Assembly (NCBI RefSeq): GCF_001194135.2
Contig: NC_068990.1
Span: 82,564,717 to 82,628,425 of the forward strand
Direction: 5' to 3'
From: Octopus bimaculoides
Lineage: Eukaryota
Length of the DNA: 63,709 nucleotides
The notes below the pieces were generated by a model. It was not told the origin of the DNA and did not search any database. It worked only from the letters and a program-made list of their open reading frames with translations. Positions 51,763-63,709 of this stretch are shown here, one piece after another (the first letter of the stretch is position 1; each line of letters begins with the position of its first letter). The translations under genes and the position numbers were made by a program.

Positions 51763-54455
51763 ATTACCCTTTTTTTCACTTTCGATCTCATTGTTTATTC
51801 ACATCTGGCGTCTCGGATTCGAAACATCTTAACAAAAATCAGTGATGTCTATAATATCTGTAGAGATATCTTTAACAAGTGATATTCCAATGTTATGAAA
51901 GACTAACAGAAATAGGCAGGTATAAATATGCAATAGTATATTAACAAGGAACGACGGAGTGAAAATATTCTGAAATATGCCAAAACACAGGATGGAGTTC
52001 AAAATTAATCGATCAGATATTACTGTCAAGGAGTGAAAAAAGCAAAGAAGTACCTCAATTGAAATATCAGTCTAAATAGATGATAATATATCGATAAAAA
52101 TATGAAATGATTGCCTAAATATTTTATATTTGTGTTCTGATAATTTCTCCATTTTCTCCATTTCTTCATGGAAATGGATTTTACTAGAATGTGAGCGCTG
52201 AAAAAGCAAAAAACAAGAACAAGCCTTTACATAATAGGGAATGATTTTCAAATTTAAATACTAATACATAAACAAAACTCCAGGACTTATAACTTCGTAC
52301 ATGAAACAGGAAATAAATTACTAGGCACTTCCTTCGCATTAGGTGATTTATTACCAATTGAATAGAAATTAAAAAGGAATATAACGATTCAACAGCTTGC
52401 AGAACCGAGCTTGGTAGCAGAGTAAAATATATAAATATGACTAATGAAAAATAATAATAATGGCATATTACACGGTTAATACAACTATTCTATTTAAACT
52501 GACATAAACCATACTTGTGCTAAGCCATAATAATGAGATTACAAGTCTAAAAGAACAAAAAGAAGAACTTTTAAAATATTATCATGAAATCTGAAAGTAT
52601 CTGTGTCAGTAACACAGCAGTACGTCGCTTAATATCATTTGTTGAATAAAACATATATTCCATAGCAGCATGTGTAAATAAATATTAAACCTACGTCATA
52701 TCAACTTCTGCAGATTGTTTAACTTCCTTCTCTCCCTTTCTCTATCTCTCTCAAACTGATAACACATGAGGATGTGTTTATGGCTGTATGCACATTTGTA
52801 CGTAATTTGTGTGCGTGTGCGCGCAGGTATTTGTGTGCATGCGTGTATGTGCAAATGTCTGTGTCTCTTGTTCGTGTATACTGTAGTGTCATAGAGAGAA
52901 GACTTGTAACAGTGCCAAGAGAAAAGTTTCTCAGGATCATATCTTTGTAGGTCGTTCGCATTCTGGATTTAAATTTGCTTGTCAGAGATAACAACACATG
53001 AACATTTCTAAAACTAACCCAGAACTTTGGATTTCTTCATATAATTTTTTTCAATAATTCATACTGGTGCTAACATGCTATCATAAAGAAAGCATTTTGA
53101 TAAAGAATTTTATAATCAGAGAATAACTTGTATGGCTTGAGAATGAAAATAAGGAAGTAAAGGGCGCACTACATTGAGTCAAGCGCGGGGAATCACAGTG
53201 GAAGGGTTAAGAATGCTTGAATTGTTAGTTGATACGACGTATGTGTGTGTGTGTGTTTTCAGATTTAAGTGGTTAATCTTTCTGGGACACCCTGTACATA
53301 TATACATCTATTTCTACTGATTTTAGTAATTCCCCGCCTCTAAAATATCATTCCCCTTTGTTACTAACCCTTCAACTCCCTCTTACTTGTCCCTCGCTTT
53401 TTATCATTCACTATTTCTATTTCTCATTCTCCTTGTTACTAATTTCTCCTGTTTAACTGATGAAACACTAACGTCCAAAACGTTACCTTACTATCTTCAT
53501 CCTTCCGAAGCTTGAAACATATACTCTATTTGCAAAAGAGCGTTCTAACTCTTATTCCTTTTAATCCTTATTGTTTTTACACTCTACATAAATACGTACA
53601 GACACATATATACAGGCAAATACACACACATATATGCATGTGTATGCGTGTGGCTCTTATTTCAGATATTTGTGTTCTTTTAACCCCGAACTTTGTTACC
53701 TGTATTTTTGTAGCATTTCTGTCCAATTAATGAGAAGCACACCGGTGTAAAAGTTTTCTGCAAGCATTTATAGCCGTTGTGGCTTTAGCTCCGGGTTATT
53801 TCAGATTGAATGATAAAATATTTTCTCTGAAACTAACCTGTCTTTTTGCGTATTTAGAGCTACATTGTCCATAGTGCACACTCACTGACACACCCAATAT
53901 ATGCACATGTACATATAAAGGGAGATATTAAAGATCAGATGCAGAATGAGTGAAGGGGAAATAGAAACAGGGAAATTTCCAAACGAAAAGAGACGGAAAA
54001 TATTGAATCCAATAACGAGCAAAGCAGAACATTACTTTGGAGTGGACTTGTTGTATGTTATTTCGCATAAAGAAATGAGATGCATATACGCTTATACATA
54101 TGTGTATGTAGTGTAACTGTCTGTTCATACTTTGTTCTTCAATATGTACAAATTGATGTCAGCAAAACCTATTTCATTTCAATATATTTTAAGTTATGAA
54201 GGATGCGATGTTTTGCCTAAGAGGAAGCATATCATCCTAAGTACCTTGCAATATTTTAGTTTCAGTATTATATATTTGAAATTTCAATTTTGGATTCCCT
54301 GATTTCAAGAGAGTCAGTTATTTCAACATCTATACTGGATTTGACAACAAATAAAACACACACACAAAAAAAAGACGAATGTATTTCAATAACAGTGAGT
54401 TGGTTCCATTCTAATATGTTTATTGACATAATCAATATACAGCTGAGTGTATGCG

Positions 54456-54522
<67 letters not shown>

Positions 54523-54544
54523 ATATATATATATATATACGGAA

Positions 54545-55000
54545 GGGAAGCCGTAGTGTTCAGAGCCTCCCAGTTTCACTACGGCCACTAACCTCATTAT
54601 ACCAGATGATCCACGGAAAGATATCTGAGTGTAACCAGTTCAATGAGACTTTCGAAGCGTGACAGGCATTAATGGAGTGTCACAACAGAAAGGAGTCGAG
54701 GAACTCGTGAGTTTTAGTGTAGGTGGTTAGCAGGTCGCTACCTAACTAAGGCATGTGGATTTCTGGGTATTAGAGAATAGAACAAGTGAAAAGCCCTCAG
54801 GAATGACATCAAGGTTAAAGAGAAAATATCTAGACTGTTCTGGCTACGAAGAGGTCATGAGAAGGAAGGAATTAGCGGAATATCTGCTTGGCAATCTGTC
54901 ACGAGGTTTTTCAAGCTGTAGTCAGGTCACCTGGATGAGGCTTTAAATTGCAACGCTCGTAAAATCCTAATGACGTCTCATCAGCACTAGTGATGTGTTT
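54545..55000 (+). mobile_element. HERO-like RLE non-LTR retrotransposon 3' end
   Basis: LRP motif, then ACGFLGIRE.NK.KALRNDIKVKEKISRLFWLRRG (HERO-type ...LGI.G...RKAI....AE.ASRWLW.KR); the 3' UTR GGTCACCTGGATGAGG...TGATGTG resembles HERO UTRs as I recall them. Confidence 0.65.
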
Positions 55001-55029
55001 AAGCTTTGTAATCGTAAATGCATAAAGAG

Positions 55030-55214
55030 TCATAAACATACATACACACACATACATAAACATACACACATACACATAAACATAAACACACACACATAAA
55101 CATACATACACACATGCACACACATACTTACATACATACAGAGACATATATACATACATACATACATACACACATACATATATACATACATACGTACATA
55201 CATACATACATACA

Positions 55215-55248
<34 letters not shown>

Positions 55249-55255
55249 CATACAT
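55030..55255. repeat. (TACA)n/(CA)n compound repeat
   Basis: Direct reading. Confidence 0.93.
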
Positions 55256-55570
55256 GATAGACCTGATATTGTGATTTAGGAGGGAGAAAGAGAAACTGTA
55301 CAGTTGTGGAAATCAGCTTCTCAGAGGGTGTTAATATAAAGCTAACGATCAGTGAAAAAGAAAATACGTGCACTAAACTATTGAAAAATCTACAGCTTCT
55401 CTACTCAGATTACAAGTTTAGGTTGATACCTGTAATTAGATAGGTAACACATTACCTAAGTAACAATCTTGAGAATTTAAGCTTCTCAAAACTAGAAAAG
55501 AGAAAGCTAATTGGATCCAAGCCATCACTGGAACTGTATCTGTAAAATTTTCCATGAGAATACGTTCATA
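55255..55570 (+). mobile_element. R4/Dong-like RLE LINE 3' end
   Basis: RPDIVI, TVVEISFSEGVNIKLTISEKENT, LLKNLQLLYSDYKFRLIPVI...NNLENLSFSKLEKRKLI. Confidence 0.8.
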
Positions 55571-56399
55571 ATGCAAGACATACAAAGCTGCACATGCAGT
55601 GACTCCAAATACCGCACATATACATACATAGTGCATACATACATACGTGTATTCAAAAACACCCTGTTGAAATTCCATTGAAGGAGTTCTGGATCTAGGT
55701 CAGAAACCAGCTCTTTCTCTGTTGGTAAGAAATCTTGAAATAAAACTGAATAATGACATACATACATACATACATACATACATACGTATAGACAAACGGA
55801 ATCTTTACTGTTACACGCACCAGGGCCAAAATAGTTTGAAAATATTTAAACATGTAGTGTTTCATAAGTTTTTTAAGAACTTAAAAGAGCTGAAGCTACT
55901 TAGCTTTAAAAATTGAAATTGTAGAGAATTTCAGCGATTCTAATGAAACCGACGCTCAAGAGCAGGTTTATTATTGTTATTATTACTATTATTACTTTTT
56001 TTTTTTTGAGGATGAGTCACGTATTTATGGACAAATGTATGTAAAGATTTGAAATATCTGACGAAAGAAAATGAAATTAATAATAAAACGTNNNNNNNNN
56101 NNNNNNNNNNNNNNNNNNNNNNNNNNNNNNNNNNNNNNNNNNNNNNNNNNNNNNNNNNNNNNNNNNNNNNNNNNNNNNNNNNNNNNNNNNNNNNNNNNNN
56201 NNNNNNNNNNNNNNNNNNNNNNNNNNNNNNNNNNNNNNNNNNNNNNNNNNNNNNNNNNNNNNNNNNNNNNNNNNNNNNNNNNNNNNNNNNNNNNNNNNNN
56301 NNNNNNNNNNNNNNNNNNNNNNNNNNNNNNNNNNNNNNNNNNNNNAATATGTACATGAATGTGTGCGAAAATGGGTGAGTAATATTTTTTCCTCTTTAA

Positions 56400-56585
56400 G
56401 GCGGCGAGCTAGCAGAAACGTTAGTACGCCAGGCAAAATGCTGAGGTCGACTTTGCCTTTCATCCTTTAGGGGTCGATTAAATAAGCACCAGTTACGCAC
56501 TGGACTCGATATAATCGAGTTAATCCCTTTGTCTGTCCTTGTTTGTCCCCTCTATGTTTAACCCCTCGTGGGCAATAAAGAAATA
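56400..56585 (+). mobile_element. SINE family B with an internal deletion
   Basis: GGCGGCGAGCTAGCAGAAACGTTAG head fused to GAGGTCGACTTTGCCTTTCATCC (B-box region missing); full tail ending GGGCAATAAAGAAATA. Confidence 0.9.
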
Positions 56586-56624
56586 AGAAACGTCAGCACG
56601 CCAGGCGAAATGCTTAGCGGTATT

Positions 56625-56940
56625 AACCTGGTTAAATTCAAGGGCCTGACCGGCCGCTATCAGTTTGTGCTGGTTGTTATCAACGCCCCAAATGTTCTCG
56701 GACTCTGCACTTCCGATATCCTCCGCAAAATCGGGATGAGCCCCACGCGGTGGAGTGGCTTCTGCAGCGAGCTTTGCTGGTCATTCTCCGTGGTGCGCCG
56801 TCGCAGTCATGTCCGCGGAGCGCGGCTGAAATCGCCATTTGTTCTGCGGTGTACAACCCGTTACTCTTTCCCCCACCATCCTCTTACATTTTGGTGCTGG
56901 ATTTGCTGCGTTATGGTGACAAATAATATTAACCGTATAT
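56625..56940 (+). mobile_element. CRE-like RLE non-LTR retrotransposon 3' end, preceded by a second SINE-B head (56586-56624)
   Basis: VKFKGLTGRYQFVLVVINAPNVLGLCTSDILRKIG...EWLLQRALLVILRG/AVAVMSA matches the KY..L...Y.FVP.AIET.G..G...FLFQR.S.A.QRGNA C-terminus. Confidence 0.7.
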
Positions 56941-58374
56941 TGTAGATGGCAACCATAAATTAGAATTTACGTGTCTATGAATCGCTAGAGGACATATTTT
57001 CCAATTTACGATAAATAATAATTTATCCAATAGCTAATGTCATTCACTATCTGTGGTTCATTGTGATATTTCCAATATAATTCCAAGTATTTATTTGTAG
57101 TCATTATCAGTTTTATCTATTGACTCTCCCAGGGATATTTACCTCCAACTGTTCTTCGTTATGAATAACCGTTACCAGTGTCAGCCGAGCCATGGCTGAT
57201 AAGAACCTGTCAATCGTACCAAGTGTATCTGATGTACGTTTAATAAAGTATTTGTGTAATCCTAAGACATCATTTTTCCTGATTTGAACTACAGTTGCTT
57301 TCGCATATCGTTTATATACTGTCTACATTCTGAGCAAGAGATATTAATGACTGCCTATTTATTTTAATTGTTGCTGTTTAGCCACAGATCAACTCCAATC
57401 GAATAGACTTGCAACCTAAAGCATTTTATTCATGGCCATAACATTTTTCTACAATTTGCTAGAGATGCATTAGCAAATTCTTTTTGCTCTTTTTTAAAGA
57501 CACAGGGTATAATTTCAGGGAGATTTAACTGCTATCAAACCATGTAGAATAAATTTTGTTACCTAATAGCTCTCACGTTGGTTGAATTGCGCACAATAGA
57601 TCCATTTAGTGTCTATAAAATTATGGCTAAATATTATACTCGGCTATAGTTTAGCACGAACAATTGGACTTATTCTTATTCTTGAATAGTAAACAGCTGA
57701 TTGTTCAGCTTGTATAATAACATTCATTTAGTCGAAGAAACTAGCATTATCTGTTGCAAAATTTCGTTCTTTCGGTCTCCTAACACACCTGAGTTCAGCT
57801 ATATATGATTTATAATTAATATTAACATTTTCAGCTCTGTGTTTGTTAACGAGGATATAACATGTGCTGCCACTATCATATATTTCACTTGCTCTGCAAT
57901 AAGTTTTCTTCAGTCATGTATATTCTAATTCTTGTTATCCACACACATAGTCATATGTATACATGCTGTGTAGCACACACGCACGAACGCATATTCTATT
58001 TAGCAATTAACTAGTATTTATATACCAATTGTTATAGATCTTGAATCAGGCTAAGATTTCATCTTCAATCTGTAGTTCAGGAATAAACAATGATCACACT
58101 CATTACTAAACTGAGTTCCAAAATTTATATACATATATAAATACATGTATACACATACACAGGCGCGCGGGGTATGTGTGTGTGTGTGCGTGTATGTATG
58201 TATGTATGTATTTATATATGTATATGGCTGTGTTAGTATGATATATATAACAAAACAGGATATTGGTAGTCTTTTGGTATTATTTATTCACTATTACAAG
58301 TCTTTCATTTGGAATTACGAAGCTCTACATGTTAGATTGACATGTAAATGTCAAGATTGACATGTTAGATTGAC

Positions 58375-58890
58375 TGGTATACAAATATACGAAACCCGAT
58401 ATGCCCATCATGACTCCACGTCTGATAAGGGTAGACCAGGTCCATACATCACAACCAAATGTGCACAACATGTGCCCTCATATCAAAATAAACAGCGCAT
58501 GACCTTGCCGATGGGTAAGGAGGGGCAGTTACAGTTTTTTTCGGATCGAGTAGCCCATCCCACTCTAATGATACACAAATAAGGTTGTTTAAAGACGATG
58601 AACGAAACACCTATGTTGAATTATTCAAACCCCAAAGAATCCCTGTCAACACAGCTCTTATGCTCTCCACTACTTCTGCACGTGATCCGAGGTGCACATA
58701 TCGTCAGCCACTAAGGGACATGCTCAATTAGTTTAAGATCAAGTAAGTGACAAGCATATCTGTGGTATTGACCAGAATATTTGCCGTAGCGCATGTTTAA
58801 CACCAAGACAAAATGTTGCATATGTTAACTCTTCCAATCAGTTAAGATCAGAAGCAATGAGAACCATTGTCTAGTTTTTCCTCAGGGTAC
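58375..58890 (-). mobile_element. Unclassified interspersed repeat abutting (TTA)n
   Basis: Contains segments (CCAATCAGTTAAGATCAGAAGC, GTCAGCCACTAAGGGACATGCTCAA, AAGATAAACAGCGCATGACCTTG-like) that I recall as an abundant octopus repeat; no ORF. Confidence 0.55.

Positions 58891-58953
<63 letters not shown>
58891..58953. repeat. (TTA)n microsatellite
   Basis: Perfect run. Confidence 0.98.
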
Positions 58954-58954
<1 letters not shown>

Positions 58955-59234
58955 CCTCTTTCAATTTTGTTTCCATTTCTTACAGAGTGTCTTCCTAACA
59001 TCTAGGACAAAGAAACTCACTGTATACATTGGTAGGCCATTAAAATAAATACAAAAGACTTTTCGTTTACAGAGTCATGTGATACAAAAAAAATGTGAAG
59101 AAAGGCAGAAGAATGAAGGAAAGAAAAGAAAGAAAGCAAAGAAAATAAGGGGGAAAAGGAAAGAAAATTCACAGCGACAATGCTTTTTTCAATATGTGTG
59201 ACATGCCAGTTAAGACAAATTTTTTGCACTTCCT

Positions 59235-59465
59235 GCTAGGGATCATCCTCAAATAATTTTCACTTCCCTTTTGATCATTCCAAATGCTCTTACAATCACT
59301 GGTATTGTAACCGTCTCGAGATGCCACATTTTTTCGATTTCAGTCAGAAGATTTTCAAATTTTCTGAGCTTATCAGAGTCTTTTGTCGAGATATTATGAT
59401 GACAAAGTATGCTCATGTCAATCAATAAACAGATTTTATTGGTTTGGTCTTTCGTTGCTGTTGTT
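59235..59465 (-). mobile_element. R4/Dong-like RLE LINE 3' end
   Basis: KDQTNKICLLIDMSILCHHNISTKDSDKLRKFENLLTEIEKMWHLETVTIPVIVRAFGMIKR. Confidence 0.88.
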
Positions 59466-59929
59466 CTCTCCCACAAAATGTCAGGCCTTTTGCCTATATT
59501 AGAAAGGATTGTTATCATTATTATAGATGCTGTTGTAATTGTGGTGGTGGTGGTGGTGGTTGTTTCTTTATGTGGCCGGTTGCAACATTCAGGATTTGAC
59601 CTGGACTCGCATGCTTTTCGCTAATAGTTTTCTTGTTTCCCCGGACAAATACGTGTCATAAGACTTGACCTATTCACGCAACAGCCCTTCCGCTACAGCT
59701 TTTTGTTTTTTCTTTTAAATGTCATCACCAAAGTGACAGGTGTGATGACATTCCCAGGACATATGACAAAAAGTTTTACACTGAAATCGGATAGATAAGT
59801 AGAATAAAAAAGGAAATAAAAATATGATAATAAGCCACACACAGCATGTAATATACAAAATAAGTTCTAGAAAATAGCACTTCTACCTAGGATCAGTCAA
59901 TAACAACACATATTTGAGATTATTTTTAC

Positions 59930-60165
59930 AATCAAGAGAAAATACTCTCTCCCAATAGTTATATTTTGGCCTGCAAAAGAATCACATTGCAGAGGCCATT
60001 TGGAACTAACCCTAAAGATTTGAACGAATGGATAGAAGAAATAGGCATAAAACCCAATTTAGTACAGCTCCAGAAAACAGTGTTATTAGGGATAGCTAAG
60101 ATACTTAGGAGGGTTCTTGGCATCTAAGTTTACTTGTTGTAATCCGATATTACGAAATTTTTTTC
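59930..60165 (+). mobile_element. R4/Dong-like RLE LINE extreme 3' end
   Basis: FGTNPKDLNEWIEEIGIKPNLVQLQKTVLLGIAKILRRVLGI*, a classic RLE terminus, then a short UTR and a degenerate (TAA) tract. Confidence 0.85.
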
Positions 60166-60231
60166 CCCAAGCGTTTAACCTGTTGTGCTAATAACAATAA
60201 TAATAATAACAATGATAACAATAATAGTAAT

Positions 60232-60380
60232 GACCATTTCTACTATACGCACAAGGCCTGAAATTCTGGGAGAGTGGGTTAGTCGATTATATCGATCTCA
60301 GTGCTCAACTAGTAATTATTTCATCGATTCCGACAGGATGAAAGCAAAGTCGACCTTGACCAACACGCCGCCTTGCCATC
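60232..60380 (-). mobile_element. SINE family B, internally deleted
   Basis: GCACAAGGCCTGAAATT tail, TCGATTCCGACAGGATGAAAGCAAAGTCGACC core and CGCCGCCTT head end. Confidence 0.8.
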
Positions 60381-60381
60381 C

Positions 60382-60572
<191 letters not shown>

Positions 60573-61610
60573 TGCTACTTTCCATTATTTATAATTGATA
60601 TAATTGGAATATATTGCATAATCATCAATGAAAGAAAATAAATAAAAAGTATAGGATAACAACATTTTTCCAGAAAAAGGCATGTAAAAGGTCCTGAAAA
60701 TATTGTTAAAACGTTCCTATCCTGGATTTGCTAATGTAGAATATTTGTACATATGCTTTTCCAAGATGTACTTTATTCTTTTTGACAGAAGAAAAGAAAA
60801 TATGAAGCTTCCTCTGAAAATCATGAATAGTTCAAAGGACTATTTGGAAACGATCAATACGCTGCTAATTCTGGTATTAACCTGCAGCTTCGATATAATA
60901 AATGGGCAGATGCAAAGAATGAAGCAAAAACGAACCAAAAACGACAACAAAATATGCATAAGATTACCCATTCTAAAATGTGACGCAGAGGCATTACACA
61001 CACATACACGCACATATACACACACAAACAAACAAACATAAATATTGTATATATACATACATATATGAAATATGCACAAAATGAAAGAAGAGGTCTTGCT
61101 CAAATGGAGATGGCCTATAAAACCTTTTCTATTGCTTTAACCAGTTGTCTTCAAAAGAAGCAGGGCACTACTAGAGATAGCTTTAAAAACATGAGAGAAA
61201 GAACACAACGAGAACGCAAATAGTACACAAAGGAGAATAAACATATTTGATTGAAAGTGGAAAAACTAAGCAGATATACACACATATACACACACACATA
61301 ACCAAAAACGAGGTGAGCAAAAGAAATCATACACATTAGGAAGGAAATAAAATACATTTAATAACACGAAAAAGATCATGTCTTATGTATAGGTTGAAAA
61401 ATTCACCAAATAGAAAGATGTAGAAAGGTAAATAATACGAACATGGAATATGGACATAAGAACAGTTTCTGTGATCATAGAAAATAAATTATCTTTGAAA
61501 ATCTGCGCTTTATTAAAGAGTAGGTTTGCCTGTCATCCAGCATGTTATAGAGTGAAGAGAGTTAAACTCCGATCATGCAGAAACGCCCAGATTCATACAT
61601 AGCTCTCTAT

Positions 61611-61667
<57 letters not shown>

Positions 61668-62127
61668 GCTTTGAAATTTGTATTGGGCAGATATCGTGTA
61701 CAATTGATGTGTGTGTCTGTGTGCGTATGTGTGTGTGTGTGTGCGGGTGAGTATAGTTTCATGTTCCTCAAAACAATGTTAAGCAAAGACAAATTTCCAA
61801 GGTTTCTGCTACAGTCTTGTCCAAAATCTTTAACACTACGTCTTCGCAAATTTTCTTTACGGCTTAGACAGAAAGAGAACAGGAATACTCTTTAACTTCT
61901 CATGATTCTGTGACTATTGGGACAAAGAGATAAGGTTATCGTCATGCTGGAGACCGTGCTCGAATGAAGCTCTGGTCTGGTTTGTACTGAATTTTGAAAT
62001 CATCCATCTAATTCTACAAATCAAGAACTTTTCTTCTTGACTAAATTTCGCTGCTGAATTTATTTAGCTCGACGAACTAACTTTTCTGTAACAAGGCTGC
62101 CATCTCAATTTATTGAGGGCAAATAAT

Positions 62128-62457
62128 AGACGTGTGAGCATGGTTGTATGTTAGGAAGCCTGCTTTCCAACCGCATAGTTCCAGGTTCAGTCACATTGCA
62201 TGGCACCTTAAGCAAGTGTCTTTTACTATAGCTTCGGGCCGACCAAATTCATGTGAGTGCATATAGTAGACTGAAATGGAAAGAAGCCCGTCGTATATAT
62301 ATATATATATATATATNNNNNNNNNNNNNNNNNNNNNNNNNNNNNNNNNNNNNNNNNNNNNNNNNNNNNNNNNNNNNNNNNNNNNNNNNNNNNNNNNNNN
62401 NNNNNNNNNNNNNNNNNNNNNNNNNNNNNNNNNNNNNNNNNNNNNNNNNNNNNNNNN

Positions 62458-62509
<52 letters not shown>

Positions 62510-62710
62510 TTCCACCACTGCTTGACAACCGGTGTTGGTGTGTTTACGTTCCCGTATCTTAGAGATTCGGCAAAAGAGACCGAAAGAATAAATACCAGGG
62601 TTTAAAAGGAAACAAGTCCTGAGGTCGGTTTGTTCGACTAAAATGCCTTCAAGGTGGTACTCCAGAATGGCTGCAATCAAATGACTGAAACAAGCAAAAA
62701 GAAAAGAAAG
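62128..62710 (+). mobile_element. Full-length bipartite SINE family A with an internal (TA)n/(TG)n tract
   Basis: tRNA-like head and CORE-like part (62128-62294), (TA)n-gap-(TG)n, then a second module GCTTGACAACCGGTGTTGGTGTGTTTACG...GGCAAAAGAGACCGA and the tail CTTCAAGGTGGTACTCCAGAATGGC...GACTGAAACAAG. Confidence 0.8.
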
Positions 62711-62752
62711 AAGCAAACGGAATGTGAGTGATAAAATAGAGAAATGCACTTA

Positions 62753-62805
62753 CATACAGCTGATGAGTCATGACCCTGTTCCAGGAAATCGCGCGATAGT
62801 GAATG
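62753..62805 (+). ncRNA. Hammerhead-ribozyme-like motif
   Basis: CTGATGA (62760-62766)...GAAA (62785-62788), then a perfect palindrome ATCGCGCGAT and A at position 17; stem I CATACAG/GTGAATG pairs at 5 of 7; stem II irregular (GTCATGAC palindrome). Confidence 0.45.
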
Positions 62806-63709
62806 CTTTATGCACATATCCTGTAAATGGTATAGTTGCAGTGAGATAAAATAAAAAAAAACAAAACAAGTAAGCACTTTCCTTCGATATCATTAAGAAG
62901 AGCTGGGAATCTATAAAAATTCCGAATTTACTTCTGAAGGTATTACTTAATATCTATGTAAAAAAACAAAATGTAAGTCTTATATTTGAGGTATGAATAT
63001 TACTATAATTCCTTTTCCTTGAAGAAAGATTCTTATGATTTCCTACCCATAACCACGAAGCATTTAATTTCTCTTTCATTAATTCATCCATCAGTTTCAC
63101 GTGGAAGGTTCCATGAACCGTGAAGAGCTAGATGAACTGGAAAATCATAATTCATCGCCATTTAACATATTTTTAAAAAACTTTTTATTCTGCAGAAAAT
63201 TTTCAGAAAAGTTAACAATGTATTTGCTGTAGCGAATCTTGGCTGTACGTATAATGAAACTATTGCAACCAGTTATGGATATTTTACATTGTTCACACCT
63301 AGACGATGAGATATTGAAAGAATCTCTCCCACGTTTAGCCATTCTAAGTGGCAAATAAGTTACTCTGAGATATCACCATTACATCATAAAAAAGAGGTCA
63401 CAAGAAGTTACATAATATAAGAAAAATTTTGTCTGTATAAAAAATGGTCTCGTCTCGGATCGAACCTATAAAGTCATAGTTTGTTTAATCAACAAGAAAA
63501 TATGTATTTAAAGAAAATAATCAGACGTTCTTCAAAGCAGAATAGGTTAGTCTCGGAAAATTCACCAGCATCACATCATCTCTTAGAAATACCTTAATGT
63601 TCGCCAAGTAGCTGCTTTTGCTTAAATTTTCTGAAAACCTAGTAACGCGAAATCAGTAATATGTACTAATACAAACAAAAATACATACATACGCATATAT
63701 ATATATATA

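Noticed and set aside
54550-54585. 9-bp hairpin GCCGTAGTG/CACTACGGC
   Set aside because: It lies within the HERO-like coding remnant; no independent evidence of function.
63100-63360. Short ORFs on both strands near the window end
   Set aside because: No recognisable homology or consistent splice pair.

Overview
This is AT-rich, microsatellite-dense eukaryotic DNA from a gapped scaffold (about 17 N-runs, nearly all flanked by simple repeats). The SINE families and other repeats match what I recall from octopus/cephalopod genomes; that is an inference, not a database result. I found no intact protein-coding gene, rRNA, tRNA gene or CRISPR array, and most ORFs in the track are microsatellite or gap artefacts. 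The window is mainly a transposon graveyard. It holds three tRNA-derived SINE families, a Penelope-like RT/GIY-YIG remnant, a Gypsy pol remnant and two solo LTRs. It also holds mariner, Tc1, Tigger/pogo and hAT remnants (the hAT has an exact 8-bp TSD), RTE and CR1/L2 fragments, and eight pieces of restriction-like-endonuclease LINEs (R4/Dong-, HERO- and CRE-like). The most notable signals are: five minimal hammerhead-ribozyme-like motifs with palindromic stem III; a ~2-kb nested fold-back element at the start; an apparent link between R4/Dong-like elements and (TAA)n tracts; a SINE-head/LINE-tail fusion; and a few frame-compatible candidate exons that could belong to a long-intron host gene on the minus strand. 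All family assignments come from motifs recognised by eye and need HMM or BLAST confirmation.
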